This document shows positions 50,924 to 61,500 of a DNA stretch of 64,000 nucleotides, one piece after another. The stretch is from Gemmatimonadota bacterium. Lineage in GTDB: Bacteria; Gemmatimonadota; Gemmatimonadetes; Gemmatimonadales; Gemmatimonadaceae. A model generated the notes under the pieces. That model saw nothing but the letters and a program-made list of their open reading frames with translations, did no database searches and was not told the DNA's origin. Where the stretch lies: contig JAZJZK010000006.1 in the NCBI GenBank assembly GCA_040389905.1, positions 52,882-116,881 on the forward strand, given 5' to 3'. A program made the position numbers and the translations under genes. Numbering within the stretch: position 1 is the stretch's first letter; the number at the start of each line of letters is the position of its first letter.

Positions 50924-52573
50924 CTATTCGTCCTTACCGCCCTCGATACTCTCGGACGAGTACACGCTGCCGTCCGCGCCGACAATCTCGACGGGCACGC
51001 CGGCGACTTCCGCAAGCAACTCCGACTTGCGGTGCGCTCCCCATGTATCCAGGCGAATGCTGCCCGCCGCCTTCTCGGGAACGGGCGTGATGCGGATGGC
51101 GCGTTTGAGCCATCGTACCTTGACGTCCGCGACGGCACCGATGTGACCGCGGTCGAATCCGTCCGCCACGCGGAGAATGGCCGAGAGACGCTGGACGCTG
51201 TCGCGCAACTCCGGTTCGAGCGCCCCGAAATTGCGATGTTTGCGCTTTGGTTCAGCACCGCGGTGGTACCGTGCAACGTTGGCCATGACGACCTGATCGG
51301 CCGGCGCTATGCCGAGCAGTTCCGCGTGCAGAATCAGGTGGTACGAATGCTTGTGGTGGCGATCGTAGCTGATGTGATAACCAACGTCGTGCAGTAGTGC
51401 GGCGTCGCTCAGGATGGCGCGGTCTGACGGCGGGCAACCCAGCCGGGGGCCGAGCGCGTCGAAGAGTCGTAGCGCGAGGCGTTGCACCTGGAGTGCGTGC
51501 GGCGCTTCGAAGTGGCAGCGTTCGGCGAACTCCTTGACCGATCGTTCGCGTGCCTCGCCGGGATCGGCGGCGGTCGCGCGGACTCGAGCCGCTTCAAGAA
51601 GAATTCCCTCCCGGATTCCGTAGCGGGATACGATCAATTCGCGGGCGTCCACACGCGCAAGCACCTCGGCGGCCACGGCGACGCCGGCGACGATGATATC
51701 GGCGCGCGCCGCGTTCAGGCCCGGCATGCTGCGTCGCTCTTCAGGCGTCATTGCCGCCAGCGCATCGAGCAGATGCTCGACGTCTGTGCGCGGAATGTGC
51801 GTCGCGTGGACGTTCCTCGCAGCGAGCATGCGCTGCCGGGCGAGGAACATGCCGCCGAGGTTGGTGAACGTTCCCCCGGAACCAATGACCTGCGCTCCGT
51901 TCCACGAGCGGGAGGGAAGGGCGTCGCGTAACGCCGCCTTGATCTCCTTTCGCAGTTTCCGAATGCCTCTCGGCGTGACACCATCGCTGAGGTAGCGCTC
52001 AGTAAGACGGAGGGCGCCGAGGGGCAGCGAGTCGAGGCTTTCGACAACGCCGTCGGCGCTCAGCGCCAGCTCGAGCGAGCCTCCGCCGATGTCCATGATG
52101 ACGGAGCGGCCAGCCGCGAGATCGAAATGGGCGAGGGCGCTCCGAAAACTGAGTCGTGCTTCGTCGATGCCGCGCAGCACGCGCACCTTGAGGCCGGTTT
52201 CCTGCTGCACGCGCGCGAGGAAGCGCACGGCGTTCTCCGCGTCGCGCACAGCGCTCGTGGCCACGGCTTCGATCCGCTGCGCGCCGAGCTGCCGGGCAAG
52301 GGTGGCCATGCGCGCGATGGCCTCGACGGCGCTTTCGATCGCGATCGGATCCAGTACGCCCGTGGCGTCCACGCCCGCGCCGAGGCGCGGAGCGGCCTTC
52401 ATCTCGTCCACGACCGAGATCGTACCGTCGGATGACACGTCCGCGACGATCTGTCGGATGGAATTCGACCCGATATCGATGGCGGCAATTCGCGTGGTCG
52501 GCACGGCAGCGCGCGTGTCGTTCCGCGAGCGGTGCGGAAGTTTCACGCCGGGCGAGCGGCGTCTAGCACCCAT
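50924..52573 (-). CDS. ppx: Ppx/GppA exopolyphosphatase with HD domain
   Basis: AAIDIGSNS, ATSAVRDA, DIGGGSLE, GIREG, LLHDVG. Start 52573 or GTG 52504. Confidence 0.92.
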   Translation of the reverse strand: MGARRRSPGVKLPHRSRNDTRAAVPTTRIAAIDIGSNSIRQIVADVSSDGTISVVDEMKAAPRLGAGVDATGVLDPIAIESAVEAIARMATLARQLGAQRIEAVATSAVRDAENAVRFLARVQQETGLKVRVLRGIDEARLSFRSALAHFDLAAGRSVIMDIGGGSLELALSADGVVESLDSLPLGALRLTERYLSDGVTPRGIRKLRKEIKAALRDALPSRSWNGAQVIGSGGTFTNLGGMFLARQRMLAARNVHATHIPRTDVEHLLDALAAMTPEERRSMPGLNAARADIIVAGVAVAAEVLARVDARELIVSRYGIREGILLEAARVRATAADPGEARERSVKEFAERCHFEAPHALQVQRLALRLFDALGPRLGCPPSDRAILSDAALLHDVGYHISYDRHHKHSYHLILHAELLGIAPADQVVMANVARYHRGAEPKRKHRNFGALEPELRDSVQRLSAILRVADGFDRGHIGAVADVKVRWLKRAIRITPVPEKAAGSIRLDTWGAHRKSELLAEVAGVPVEIVGADGSVYSSESIEGGKDE

Positions 52574-52646
52574 GATGGCCGACGAAGATTGGTTCCATCT
52601 CACGTGAAACGTAGCGAGGGTGACCGCCAGCGTACAATTTTCCGCG

Positions 52647-53435
52647 ATGCTCAACTGGTTGCGAACGCTGATTCGCCCGGTCTTCCGGATTGTGCTCGAT
52701 GTGCAGCGTTACGTCAGCTTTCCTCCGGGCGGCTTTCGCGGCGTCTACCAGACCTTCGACGAGGCGCTTGCGCATGCGCCCCGGGGCAAGAAGACCGGCT
52801 ACGATCACGCCGAGTTGGCGGCCGAATACCGCGACAGGTTCGAGCCCGTACTTCAGACGTACGATTACCCCGTTCTCTTCCACCTGAGCCGACTGCTGCC
52901 GGCGGGCGGCACCGTGCTCGACATGGGTGGAAACGTCGGCACCCACTTCCTGACCTACCGAAAATGGCTCGATCTCGACCGGGCTCGCTGGATCGTCCTC
53001 GAGGTACCAAGGATTGCCGCGGAAGGGCGGGCGTTGTGCGATGGGATGCCAGCTGTCTCGTTCATTAGCGAGTTGGGTGAACTCGACGCGCGGGCCGTCG
53101 ACGTGTTGCTGAGCTCCGGCATGCTTCAGAACGCGCGCCCCGCGTTGAATGAATTCCTCGAGTGGATGGATCTGGAAGACAAGCGTCCGGCCATCCTGAT
53201 TCTGAACCGGTTGCCGCTCTATGACGGCGAGGAGTACGTCACGCTGCAGAACGGCGGTCTGGTGTGCTATCCGCAGCACGTGTTCAATCGCACCGCGTTC
53301 ATCGCATCGGTAACGAAGCGAGGCTATCAGCTCGTGGACCACTGGGACGACCTGGCTGACTCCTGTATTGTCCCGTTTCATCGGGACCGATGGGTGCACC
53401 GGTATTCGGGACTCTGCTTCGTTCGCGTCTCGTGA
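52647..53435 (+). CDS. Putative SAM-dependent methyltransferase (LIC12133/TIGR04325-like)
   Basis: YDYPVLF, VLDMGGNVGTHF, SSGMLQ, TLQN..YP..VFN. Family assignment is from recall of the pattern. Confidence 0.7.
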   Translation: MLNWLRTLIRPVFRIVLDVQRYVSFPPGGFRGVYQTFDEALAHAPRGKKTGYDHAELAAEYRDRFEPVLQTYDYPVLFHLSRLLPAGGTVLDMGGNVGTHFLTYRKWLDLDRARWIVLEVPRIAAEGRALCDGMPAVSFISELGELDARAVDVLLSSGMLQNARPALNEFLEWMDLEDKRPAILILNRLPLYDGEEYVTLQNGGLVCYPQHVFNRTAFIASVTKRGYQLVDHWDDLADSCIVPFHRDRWVHRYSGLCFVRVS

Positions 53436-54976
53436 CACGCATTCGCCTCGCGACCATCGCGTTCTTCGTCGGCTTCCTGTTGGTCGGCCTCTTAGTGTTC
53501 CGCGATTACGGTATTTCGTGGGACGAAGGGAACACGCGCGAGTTCGGTGTCATGAACATCAACCACGTCGTGCCAAACGTCCGCGCACTCGACTCGCTTC
53601 GCGCCGAGAAAGGCAGGGACTTCGAGCGATTCGGGCCGGCGTACGAGATCTTCCTCGTCCACGTCGAGAAAGCGTTGCAACTGAAGAGCATGCGCACCGT
53701 GTTCTTCGTACGGCATCTGCTCACCTTTCTCACGTTCTACCTCGGCGTCGTCATCTTCTATTTCTTCTGCCGGCGGCGATTCGCACCAGGCATCACGCTG
53801 CTCGCGTGTGTGTGCCTGGTCCTCAGCCCGGTGTTGTTTGCACATGGATTCTACAATACCAAGGACATCTCGTTCTTCACGGTCTTCCTCGCGGCCATGT
53901 CGACGCTGGACCTCCTGCTGGAGAAACCATCGTGGCGGCTGCTCGCACTCCATGGCATCACGACCGGTCTCTTGATCGGAATGCGCGTCCTTGGCTTCTT
54001 TGCCGTCGCGTTGACGGTGGCGGCATCGCTGGTTCGGCGTCCAACGCTTCGAACGGTTCTCGCGCTACTAGCGTACGGCGTGGTCATCTCGCTCGTTCTG
54101 CCATTCGTCTGGCCAGTGCTTCGGGTCGATGCACTCGGCATCGTACAAAACGCGTTGGTGGCCGTGTCGAAGAACGAGTATACCGCGACCACGCTCTTTC
54201 GGGGGCGTCAGCTTCTCGGTACGGAGCTGCCGTGGGACTACGTGCCCACGTGGATGCTCATCACGACGCCGTATGCGATAACGGTGCTCTTCCTCGCGGG
54301 CTCCGTTGTCACGGTAGCGGGACTCGTGCGGCACACGCGCGAGTTCATTACCGGTGCGCGACGCCGGGATCTGCTCGTGATCGCGTGGTTCTTTCTACCG
54401 GTGGGCGGATGCGTGGTGCTGCGGCCAACCCTGTATGACGGCTGGCGACATTTGTTCTTCGTGTATCCGGCACTCATCTATCTCAGCGCAGCCGGCATGG
54501 AATCCGTTCTCGCGTTTACGCTCACGCGTGTCGATGGACGAAAGCACTCGCGCGTGCCCGCGGCGCTCGCCGCCGCGCTGCTCCTATCGCTCTCGCCAGT
54601 CGCCTGGTTCATGGTACGCAATCATCCATTCGAGCATCTGTACTTCAATCGATTCGCCGGGCGTGACATGGCGGAAGCCAAGCAGCGCTACGAGTTCGAC
54701 TATTGGGGGCTCTCGTATCGGCGATTGCTGGAATACATCGTTCGAACTGATCCATCGCCGTCGATCCGCGTGCAAATCCCGAATCTCCCGGGTGTGTTGA
54801 ACAGTCTCATGCTACCGGATGCGGACCGCTCGCGCATCCAATTCGTGGATCCAACAGGGGAGGGTGATTACCTGGCCACGAACTATCGTTTCCACCCGGA
54901 GGCGTATCCGCTGCAGGAAGTGTTCAGCGTGCGGGTTGGGAATGCGGCGGCGGGGTCGGTATTTCGATTGCGTTAG
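53432..54976 (+). CDS. GT-C (PMT/ArnT-like, GT39) membrane glycosyltransferase
   Basis: ISWDE loop after TM1, many TM helices, YNTKD, DYWG. GTG overlaps the upstream TGA. Confidence 0.75.
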   Translation: MTRIRLATIAFFVGFLLVGLLVFRDYGISWDEGNTREFGVMNINHVVPNVRALDSLRAEKGRDFERFGPAYEIFLVHVEKALQLKSMRTVFFVRHLLTFLTFYLGVVIFYFFCRRRFAPGITLLACVCLVLSPVLFAHGFYNTKDISFFTVFLAAMSTLDLLLEKPSWRLLALHGITTGLLIGMRVLGFFAVALTVAASLVRRPTLRTVLALLAYGVVISLVLPFVWPVLRVDALGIVQNALVAVSKNEYTATTLFRGRQLLGTELPWDYVPTWMLITTPYAITVLFLAGSVVTVAGLVRHTREFITGARRRDLLVIAWFFLPVGGCVVLRPTLYDGWRHLFFVYPALIYLSAAGMESVLAFTLTRVDGRKHSRVPAALAAALLLSLSPVAWFMVRNHPFEHLYFNRFAGRDMAEAKQRYEFDYWGLSYRRLLEYIVRTDPSPSIRVQIPNLPGVLNSLMLPDADRSRIQFVDPTGEGDYLATNYRFHPEAYPLQEVFSVRVGNAAAGSVFRLR

Positions 54977-55034
54977 ATTCGAGGAATCGGCGCGCGCTCC
55001 TGAGCATCGGTTTAGGGCAAGCGGCGTCGTCATC

Positions 55035-55254
55035 TTTACCGCAGAGGGCGCAGAGGAGCAGAGGTTCGCAGAGGACCACGTGATGACGGAACTGCGACTG
55101 AAAGTGCGGGCCCGTCGTTTCACTCAGGGCGACAAAACGAGCGTGACACTGCGAAATAGCTGTCACCCCGAGCGAGCGAAGCGAGTCGAGGGGCCTGCAC
55201 TTAAGTTCCGCTTTCCTCTGCGTACCTCTGCTCCTCCGCGCCCTCTGCGGTGAA
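55035..55254. repeat. CGCAGAGG-unit REP-like hairpin with a second repeat family nested inside
   Basis: 41-nt arms 55035-55075 / 55214-55254 with 3 differences. Inner TGTCACCCCGAGCGAGCGAAGCGAGTCGAGGGG pairs with a degenerate partner near 55110-55134. Confidence 0.9.
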
Positions 55255-55311
55255 TCTCTCGGATCTTGCAATGTGACGATGCGGATCTCAGGTGCACACC
55301 CTCTGCCGATA

Positions 55312-57024
55312 TCAGACTGGTGTCCCCGGGAACACCACATTGATCGCCGTTCCGCGCCCCGGTTGGCTCGACGCCTCCACGTCCCCGTTGTGCGCCTCGA
55401 CGAGATGTTTCACGATGGCGAGGCCGAGCCCCGTTCCGCCGACGTCGCGCGATCGTGCGGAGTCGACGCGGTAGAAACGCTCGAAGATACGGGGCAAGTG
55501 CTCTGCCGGAATTCCCACGCCGGTATCCTGTACCGTGAACCTGATGCCCGTCTGGCCCCACTTCGATGCGCGGAGCGTGACGCTTCCCTCCGTGGTATAG
55601 CGGACGGCGTTTTCGACGAGGTTTTGCAACACTTGCCGCGCGGCGGTCGGGTCCGCGCGCAACTCGAGCGCTTCCGGGCTCACGTCGGCGATGAGTGCGA
55701 GCGACTTGAGACTCGCGGCGGGCTGGCACGCGGTGAGAATCTCGGCGACGAGCGTGGGAACGGGCTCGGCGACGAGCTGCGGGCGCCACCCGCCGCTTTC
55801 GATACGTGACAGGTCGAGGAGGTCATCGACAATGCGCTGCATACGCGTGGCGTTCGAGCGAATCGTCTCGATGAAGCGTCGGCGATTCTCAGTCGAAATT
55901 GTGTCGTCGTCGAGCAGCGTTTCCGCGAAGCCACTGACGGCGGTGAGTGGAGTCTTGAGCTCGTGCGACACGTTCGCCACGAAATCTCGACGCACCGTTT
56001 CGAGGCGGCGGAGCGCCGTCAATTCGAGCAGCGTGACGACCGCACCACCCGTCGAGAGTGGCCGAGATGCAATGGCCACGGTGCGGCCGTGCATGGCGAT
56101 TTCGCGTGCTTCGGTAAGGATCCCTGACAGGGCATCATCGATGATGACGTGCAGTGCGAGATCGTTCGGCAGGCTCGATTGCGGGAATGGCGTCGGCTCG
56201 TTCGCGCGAAGGAGTGAACGTCCCCGCTCGTTGATGCGCACGATTCTGCCTTCGGCATCCAGCGCCAGGAGGCCTTCGTCGAGTGATTCGAGGACGGCGG
56301 CCATGAGCTGCTCGTCGTCCTTCAGTGCCTCGAGGCGGACTCCGAGCTGTTCTGCCATTCGTGTGAGAGCCTTGGCAAGATCGCCGACCTCGCCCGGCGC
56401 CGACAATGCGGGCCGTCGCGCGAGATTGCCGGCGGCGATTGCGGCTGCCACGTCGCGCAACTCCTCGACGGGGCGCGAGATGCTGCGTGCGAAGAGCACG
56501 CTGAGCGCAAGTGCGCCGACGAGGGCGATCAGGCCGCTCACCAGAACGTCGCGCTGTGCACGCACGACGATGTCCTCGAGACTTCGCGTCGCGAGGGAGA
56601 CGCGCACGAAGCCGAGGGGATGACGGATGGCGAGATACACCTCGTCGTCACCGGCGGAAACGCTATGACGGCGAGAGCTGCCAACGCCGAACTGCCGTGC
56701 TTGGACGACCTCGGGCCGCTGCGCGTGGTTCTGGAGGCGCCGACGGCCCGCTTCGTCGAATTCCGAGTCGCCGATGACGACGCCCGTGCTGTCAATGATC
56801 GTGACGCGGTGCCCCAATGCACCGCCTGTGCGAGCTGCGAGTGCGGCGGCGTCGACGCCCGGCTTCCACTCCGTCGCAAGTAGACGGGCCTCGTGCAACA
56901 GACGATTCGACAACTCGTCCTGAAGGTGCTGTCGCAGTCGTCCGCCAGCAATGAGCACGATCGCGGCGACGAGCGCCGCGACGAGGACGAGGGTGCCAGC
57001 GAGCAGGCGACGCGCGAGCGTCAC
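55312..57024 (-). CDS. PhoR-like sensor histidine kinase
   Basis: TM-HAMP-PAS-like region, DFVANVSHELKTPLT, NLVENAV, DTGVGI, FYRVDSARSR, GTGLGL. Confidence 0.88.
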   Translation of the reverse strand: MTLARRLLAGTLVLVAALVAAIVLIAGGRLRQHLQDELSNRLLHEARLLATEWKPGVDAAALAARTGGALGHRVTIIDSTGVVIGDSEFDEAGRRRLQNHAQRPEVVQARQFGVGSSRRHSVSAGDDEVYLAIRHPLGFVRVSLATRSLEDIVVRAQRDVLVSGLIALVGALALSVLFARSISRPVEELRDVAAAIAAGNLARRPALSAPGEVGDLAKALTRMAEQLGVRLEALKDDEQLMAAVLESLDEGLLALDAEGRIVRINERGRSLLRANEPTPFPQSSLPNDLALHVIIDDALSGILTEAREIAMHGRTVAIASRPLSTGGAVVTLLELTALRRLETVRRDFVANVSHELKTPLTAVSGFAETLLDDDTISTENRRRFIETIRSNATRMQRIVDDLLDLSRIESGGWRPQLVAEPVPTLVAEILTACQPAASLKSLALIADVSPEALELRADPTAARQVLQNLVENAVRYTTEGSVTLRASKWGQTGIRFTVQDTGVGIPAEHLPRIFERFYRVDSARSRDVGGTGLGLAIVKHLVEAHNGDVEASSQPGRGTAINVVFPGTPV

Positions 57025-57743
57025 GTCGTTCGGCCGTGGGGTGCCCTGATGCGATATCCGAACCCTCGCACCGTTTCGATGAGATCGCCCGCCACGCCGA
57101 GCTTGGCGCGGAGCCGCTGGACGTGCATGTCAACGGTCCGGGTCTGAATGTCTGGCGCAGCCTCCCAGACCGTCTGAAGCAGATGCGCGCGCGCCTGGAC
57201 TCGCCCGCGTCGCTCGGCGAGAGTAAGGAGCAGCTTGAATTCCGTCGGCGTCAGCTCGACAGGTTCGCCGTCCACTTCGACGAGATGCGCCGCCAGGTCG
57301 ATCGCGAGTGGCCCGATGTGCAGCGTCTCGCTCGTCGTTGGGCCACCAGCGCCCAGCCGCCGAAGAATCGCCCCAACCCGCAGCACGAGCTCCTGCGGGC
57401 TGAACGGCTTGGTGAGATAGTCGTCCGCACCGAGCGAAAGTCCATGAATGCGATCCGGTTCGTCTCGCCGCGCGGTGAGCATCAGCACGGCGGTGTCGCG
57501 TGTCGCGTCCGACGCGCGCAACTGTCCAATCACTTCGTAACCCGACATGCCGGGCAGCATGAGGTCGAGCACGATGAGTGCGGGCCGCTCACGACGTGCC
57601 GCATCCAGCGCTTCCGTCCCCGAGCTTGCGGTCGAGACGCGATAGCCGCTCTTCGCCAGATGGTACGCCACGAGCGCGACGATGTCCGCCTCGTCGTCGA
57701 CGACGAGAATGCGTTCGCCGGTGACGACTGGGGCACTACTCAC
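57021..57743 (-). CDS. PhoB/OmpR-family response regulator
   Basis: VVDDE, LDLMLP, KPF, winged helix LTPTEF..RTVDMHVQRLR..TVRGFGY. Confidence 0.9.
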   Translation of the reverse strand: MSSAPVVTGERILVVDDEADIVALVAYHLAKSGYRVSTASSGTEALDAARRERPALIVLDLMLPGMSGYEVIGQLRASDATRDTAVLMLTARRDEPDRIHGLSLGADDYLTKPFSPQELVLRVGAILRRLGAGGPTTSETLHIGPLAIDLAAHLVEVDGEPVELTPTEFKLLLTLAERRGRVQARAHLLQTVWEAAPDIQTRTVDMHVQRLRAKLGVAGDLIETVRGFGYRIRAPHGRTT

Positions 57744-58366
57744 GGGCTCGCCGCCGCGATGCGGCGCGCAATCTTGGCCACGATCATCTCGATCGCGACG
57801 GGATTATGACCTCCGCGCGGGACGATCACATCAGCGTATCGCTTACTCGGTTCGACGAATTCCAGATGCATTGGTTGGACGGTTGCGAGATACTGCTCGA
57901 GGATTTCTGCCAGAGGACGCCCGCGCTTGGCCATGTCACGGCGAATTCGCCTGATCAACCGAACGTCGGCGTCCGCATCGACGAAGACCTTCACGTCACA
58001 GAGGTCCCGCACGCGCGCGTCGACGAACAGGAGGATTCCGTCAATGACGACGACATCGGCAGGCGGAATGCGAATGGTGTCAGCGCTGCGGGCGTGCTGG
58101 ACGAAGTCATAGACGGGCTTGTCGATTGCCGACCCGCTGCCGAGCTGTGCGAGTTGCGTGACGAGGTGGTCCCAGTCGAACGCATTCGGATGATCCCAGT
58201 TGACCTTTTTCCGTTCCTCGAGCGAGAGGTGCGAGTGGTTGAGGTAGTAGGCGTCCATGTCGATGAACGCGACGGATGCGTCGCCGAGCGCAGCCGCGAC
58301 GTTGCGTGCGACTGTGCTCTTGCCGGAGCCCGTTCCTCCGGCGACGCCGATGACGAGAGGCTTCAT
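57740..58366 (-). CDS. udk: Uridine kinase
   Basis: IGVAGGTGSGKST, NWDHP, DGIL, RRIRRD, EPSKRYAD. Confidence 0.95.
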   Translation of the reverse strand: MKPLVIGVAGGTGSGKSTVARNVAAALGDASVAFIDMDAYYLNHSHLSLEERKKVNWDHPNAFDWDHLVTQLAQLGSGSAIDKPVYDFVQHARSADTIRIPPADVVVIDGILLFVDARVRDLCDVKVFVDADADVRLIRRIRRDMAKRGRPLAEILEQYLATVQPMHLEFVEPSKRYADVIVPRGGHNPVAIEMIVAKIARRIAAASP

Positions 58367-58573
58367 GTTCACGTCACCGGATTGCCGAGGAAGTGATGCG
58401 GAGAAAGCTCGCGGATGCGTGCGCTGTGGAGCAGTGGTGCATATGTCACGGTCATGTATAATGCTGGTCGGATGACTGCAGCCCAAAGTCCGCCTGCGAA
58501 GTGTGCCCGGAGCCGCCGGGGCCGTCAACCGACTCGTCTCCCAGAGCGCTCGACCGGCGACTAGATTTTTCCC

Positions 58574-61500
58574 ATGCGGATCCCCTTTTCAGTCGCCGCC
58601 GCGGCCTTCACTGTCGCGGCTGGTTTCGTCCCGGCCTTCGCGCAGGCCGGCCCCGCCGCCACGTTCGATCTCATCGTCGCCGGCACCACGGACGTTCATG
58701 GACGTCTTCGCGGGTGGAACTACGAGTCGAACCGCCCCGACACGACTCGCGGCCTCACCCGCGCGGCCACCATCGTCGATTCGCTGCGGCGCGACGCGCC
58801 TGGGCGCGTCGTTCTCATGGACGCCGGCGACCTGCTCCAAGGCAATGCGCTGACGTACGTCGCCGCGCGCGTCGCGCCGAGCGGTACGCCGCACCCGGTG
58901 ATCGCCGCGATGAATGCGATGATGTACGACGCTGCCGCGGTGGGGAACCACGAGTTCAACTACGGGGTGCCGTTCCTCGAGCGCACGCTGAAGCAGGCAA
59001 AGTTTCCCTTCCTTGCCGCAAACGCCCGGCGAATCGACGGATCGCACGCCTTCAAGAGCTGGACGATCATTCGACGGGGCAGTGCGCGCATCGGAATCGT
59101 CGGGGCAACCACGCCGGGCTCCATGGTGTGGGACCGCGACAACCTGAAGGGCCGGATCGTCATGCGGGATATCATCCCCGCCGTGCGCGCAGCCGTTGCG
59201 GAGGCACGACGCGCGGGGGCAGAAATCATCTTTGTGACCATGCACTCGGGTCTCGCCGGCGCGTCGAGTTACGATACGGTCGGCACCGGCATCCCGAGTG
59301 AGAACGTCGCGGCGCGCGTCGCACGTGAGGTGCCGGGCATCGACCTGATTCTGTACGGGCATTCGCACCAGGAAGTCGGCGACACGGTGATCAACGGCGT
59401 GCTGCTCATGCAGCCGCGCAATTGGGCGACGAGCGTCGCGGTCGCGCACCTGGCACTGGAAAGGGGCAAGAGCGGTTGGCGCGTCGCATCCAAGAGCTCA
59501 CGAGTCGTCCAGGCTGCACGCCAAGCGGAGAATCCGGCGATCGTTGCGGCAACCGAAACAGCACACAAAGCGACACTTGCGTGGGTGAATGCGCCGATCG
59601 GCAAAACGCTGGTGGCTTGGCGGGCCGACTCCGCGCGCGTGTCCGACACCCCGTTGCTCGACTTCATCCTCGAAGTGGAGCGCAGAGCGGCGGGAACCGA
59701 TCTCGCATCGAGCGCGGCGTTCTCGCTCGACGCCACCATCGCTGCCGGCGACATCACCGCGGCTCGGCTGATGGCGCTGTATCCGTACGACAACACGCTC
59801 CGCGCCATCAAGATCTCAGGCAAGCAGCTCCGGGAGTATCTCGAACAGAGTGCGCGCTACTACACCACGAGCGCCGACGGACGCGTCGGCGTCGACCCGA
59901 GTTTCCCCGGCTTCAATTTCGACATCGTGGCCGGTGCGGACTACACGCTCGATGTGTCCAGGCCGGCCGGCCAGCGCGTGACGCGCCTGGAAGTGCGTGG
60001 CAAGCCGGTCGCCGCAACCGACAGCTTCACGATGGCGTTGAACAACTACCGCCAGACGGGCGGCGGCGGGTATGCCATGCTCGCGGGCGCCCCGCTCGTC
60101 TTCGACAAACAGCAGGAGATCCGCCAGCTGCTCGTCGACGAAGTGAAACGAAAGGGCAGCATCGCTCCGGGAGACTACTTCACGCAGAACTGGAAGATCG
60201 AACCCGCCAGTGCGGTCTCGTCGCTCTATGCGCAACTGCGCCGCGACAACCGCGAAGACGCACACGCCGTCGGAGCGACTGCGGCGCGTCCGAGGCCATC
60301 GACCCGGCTTCGCATCATCGGCACCAACGATTTCCACGGCGCACTCGAGCCGCGGCCAGACGCAAACGGAAAGCGTCGCGGCGGCGCTGCGTATCTCGCC
60401 AGCGCAATCCGCAAGGCCGCCGCGGAGTGTGTGTCGCCCGCGTGCGAGTCGATCCTTCTCGACGGCGGTGACGAGTTCCAAGGCACGCCGGCATCGAATC
60501 TCGCCTTCGGCCGGCCGATTGTGGCCGTGTTCAACCAGTTGGGCTACGCCGCCGGCGCTCTCGGCAATCATGAGTTCGACTGGGGCCAGGACACCCTCCG
60601 TGCCCGGATGCGCGATGCGCACTACGCGATCCTCGGCGCGAATGTGCGCTACAAGGATGGACGCGATGTCCCATGGATTCGCGACGACACCCTCGTGACG
60701 CGTGGCGCTCTCAAGATCGGGATCATCGGTCTAGCCACCGTCGCAACCGCGACGACAACGAAAGCGATCAACGTCGCCGACATTCAGTTCCTCGAACCCG
60801 CTCCGATCGTCGACAGCCTTGCGAAGCGACTCCGCGCGCGCGGCGCCGACTACGTCATCGTCATTGCGCACTCCGGCGCGTTCTGCGACCGCGACGGTGC
60901 GAGCAATTGCAACGGCGAGATCGTGAATCTCGCAAAGACAATCCATGAGCCGATCGATGCCATCGTGAGTGGGCACACGCACTCGCTGGTCGACGCAACG
61001 ATCAATGGCATCCCGATCGTGCAGGCGCGGTCGAGCGGCACGGCGTTCGAGACGGTCGACCTTGGCCCGGATGGCAGTCGCCATCACGTGAGTGACGTGC
61101 TTCCCGATTCGATTGCGCCGGATCCAGTCGTCGCGAGAATCGTGGATCAGGCAGTCGCCAACGTCGCCTCGCTCGTCAACAATCCGGTGGCCACGATTGC
61201 CGCCGACATGAACCGTGACGGAAACCAGTACCCCCTCGGCAACCTGATCGCCGATGGAATTCGTTTCGCCGGTAAGGGAGACATCGGAATCACGAACAAC
61301 GGTGGCGTCCGCGCCAATCTTCGCGCGGGGCAGGCGACCTACGGAACGCTCTTCGAGATCCAACCATTTGGCAATCTCCTGTATCGCATGACGGTGAATG
61401 GCAAGTCGCTGCGTGAGTACTTCGAGAAGCTCGTGGCGCGCCGGCCGAATGTGCACATCAGTGGTGCCGTGCTCACCTACGACTCCACGGGCGTCGCCGG

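Noticed and set aside
29201..55254. CRISPR interpretation of the periodic repeats
   Set aside because: The repeats are inverted arms of short units, not direct repeats with unique spacers, and there are no cas genes.
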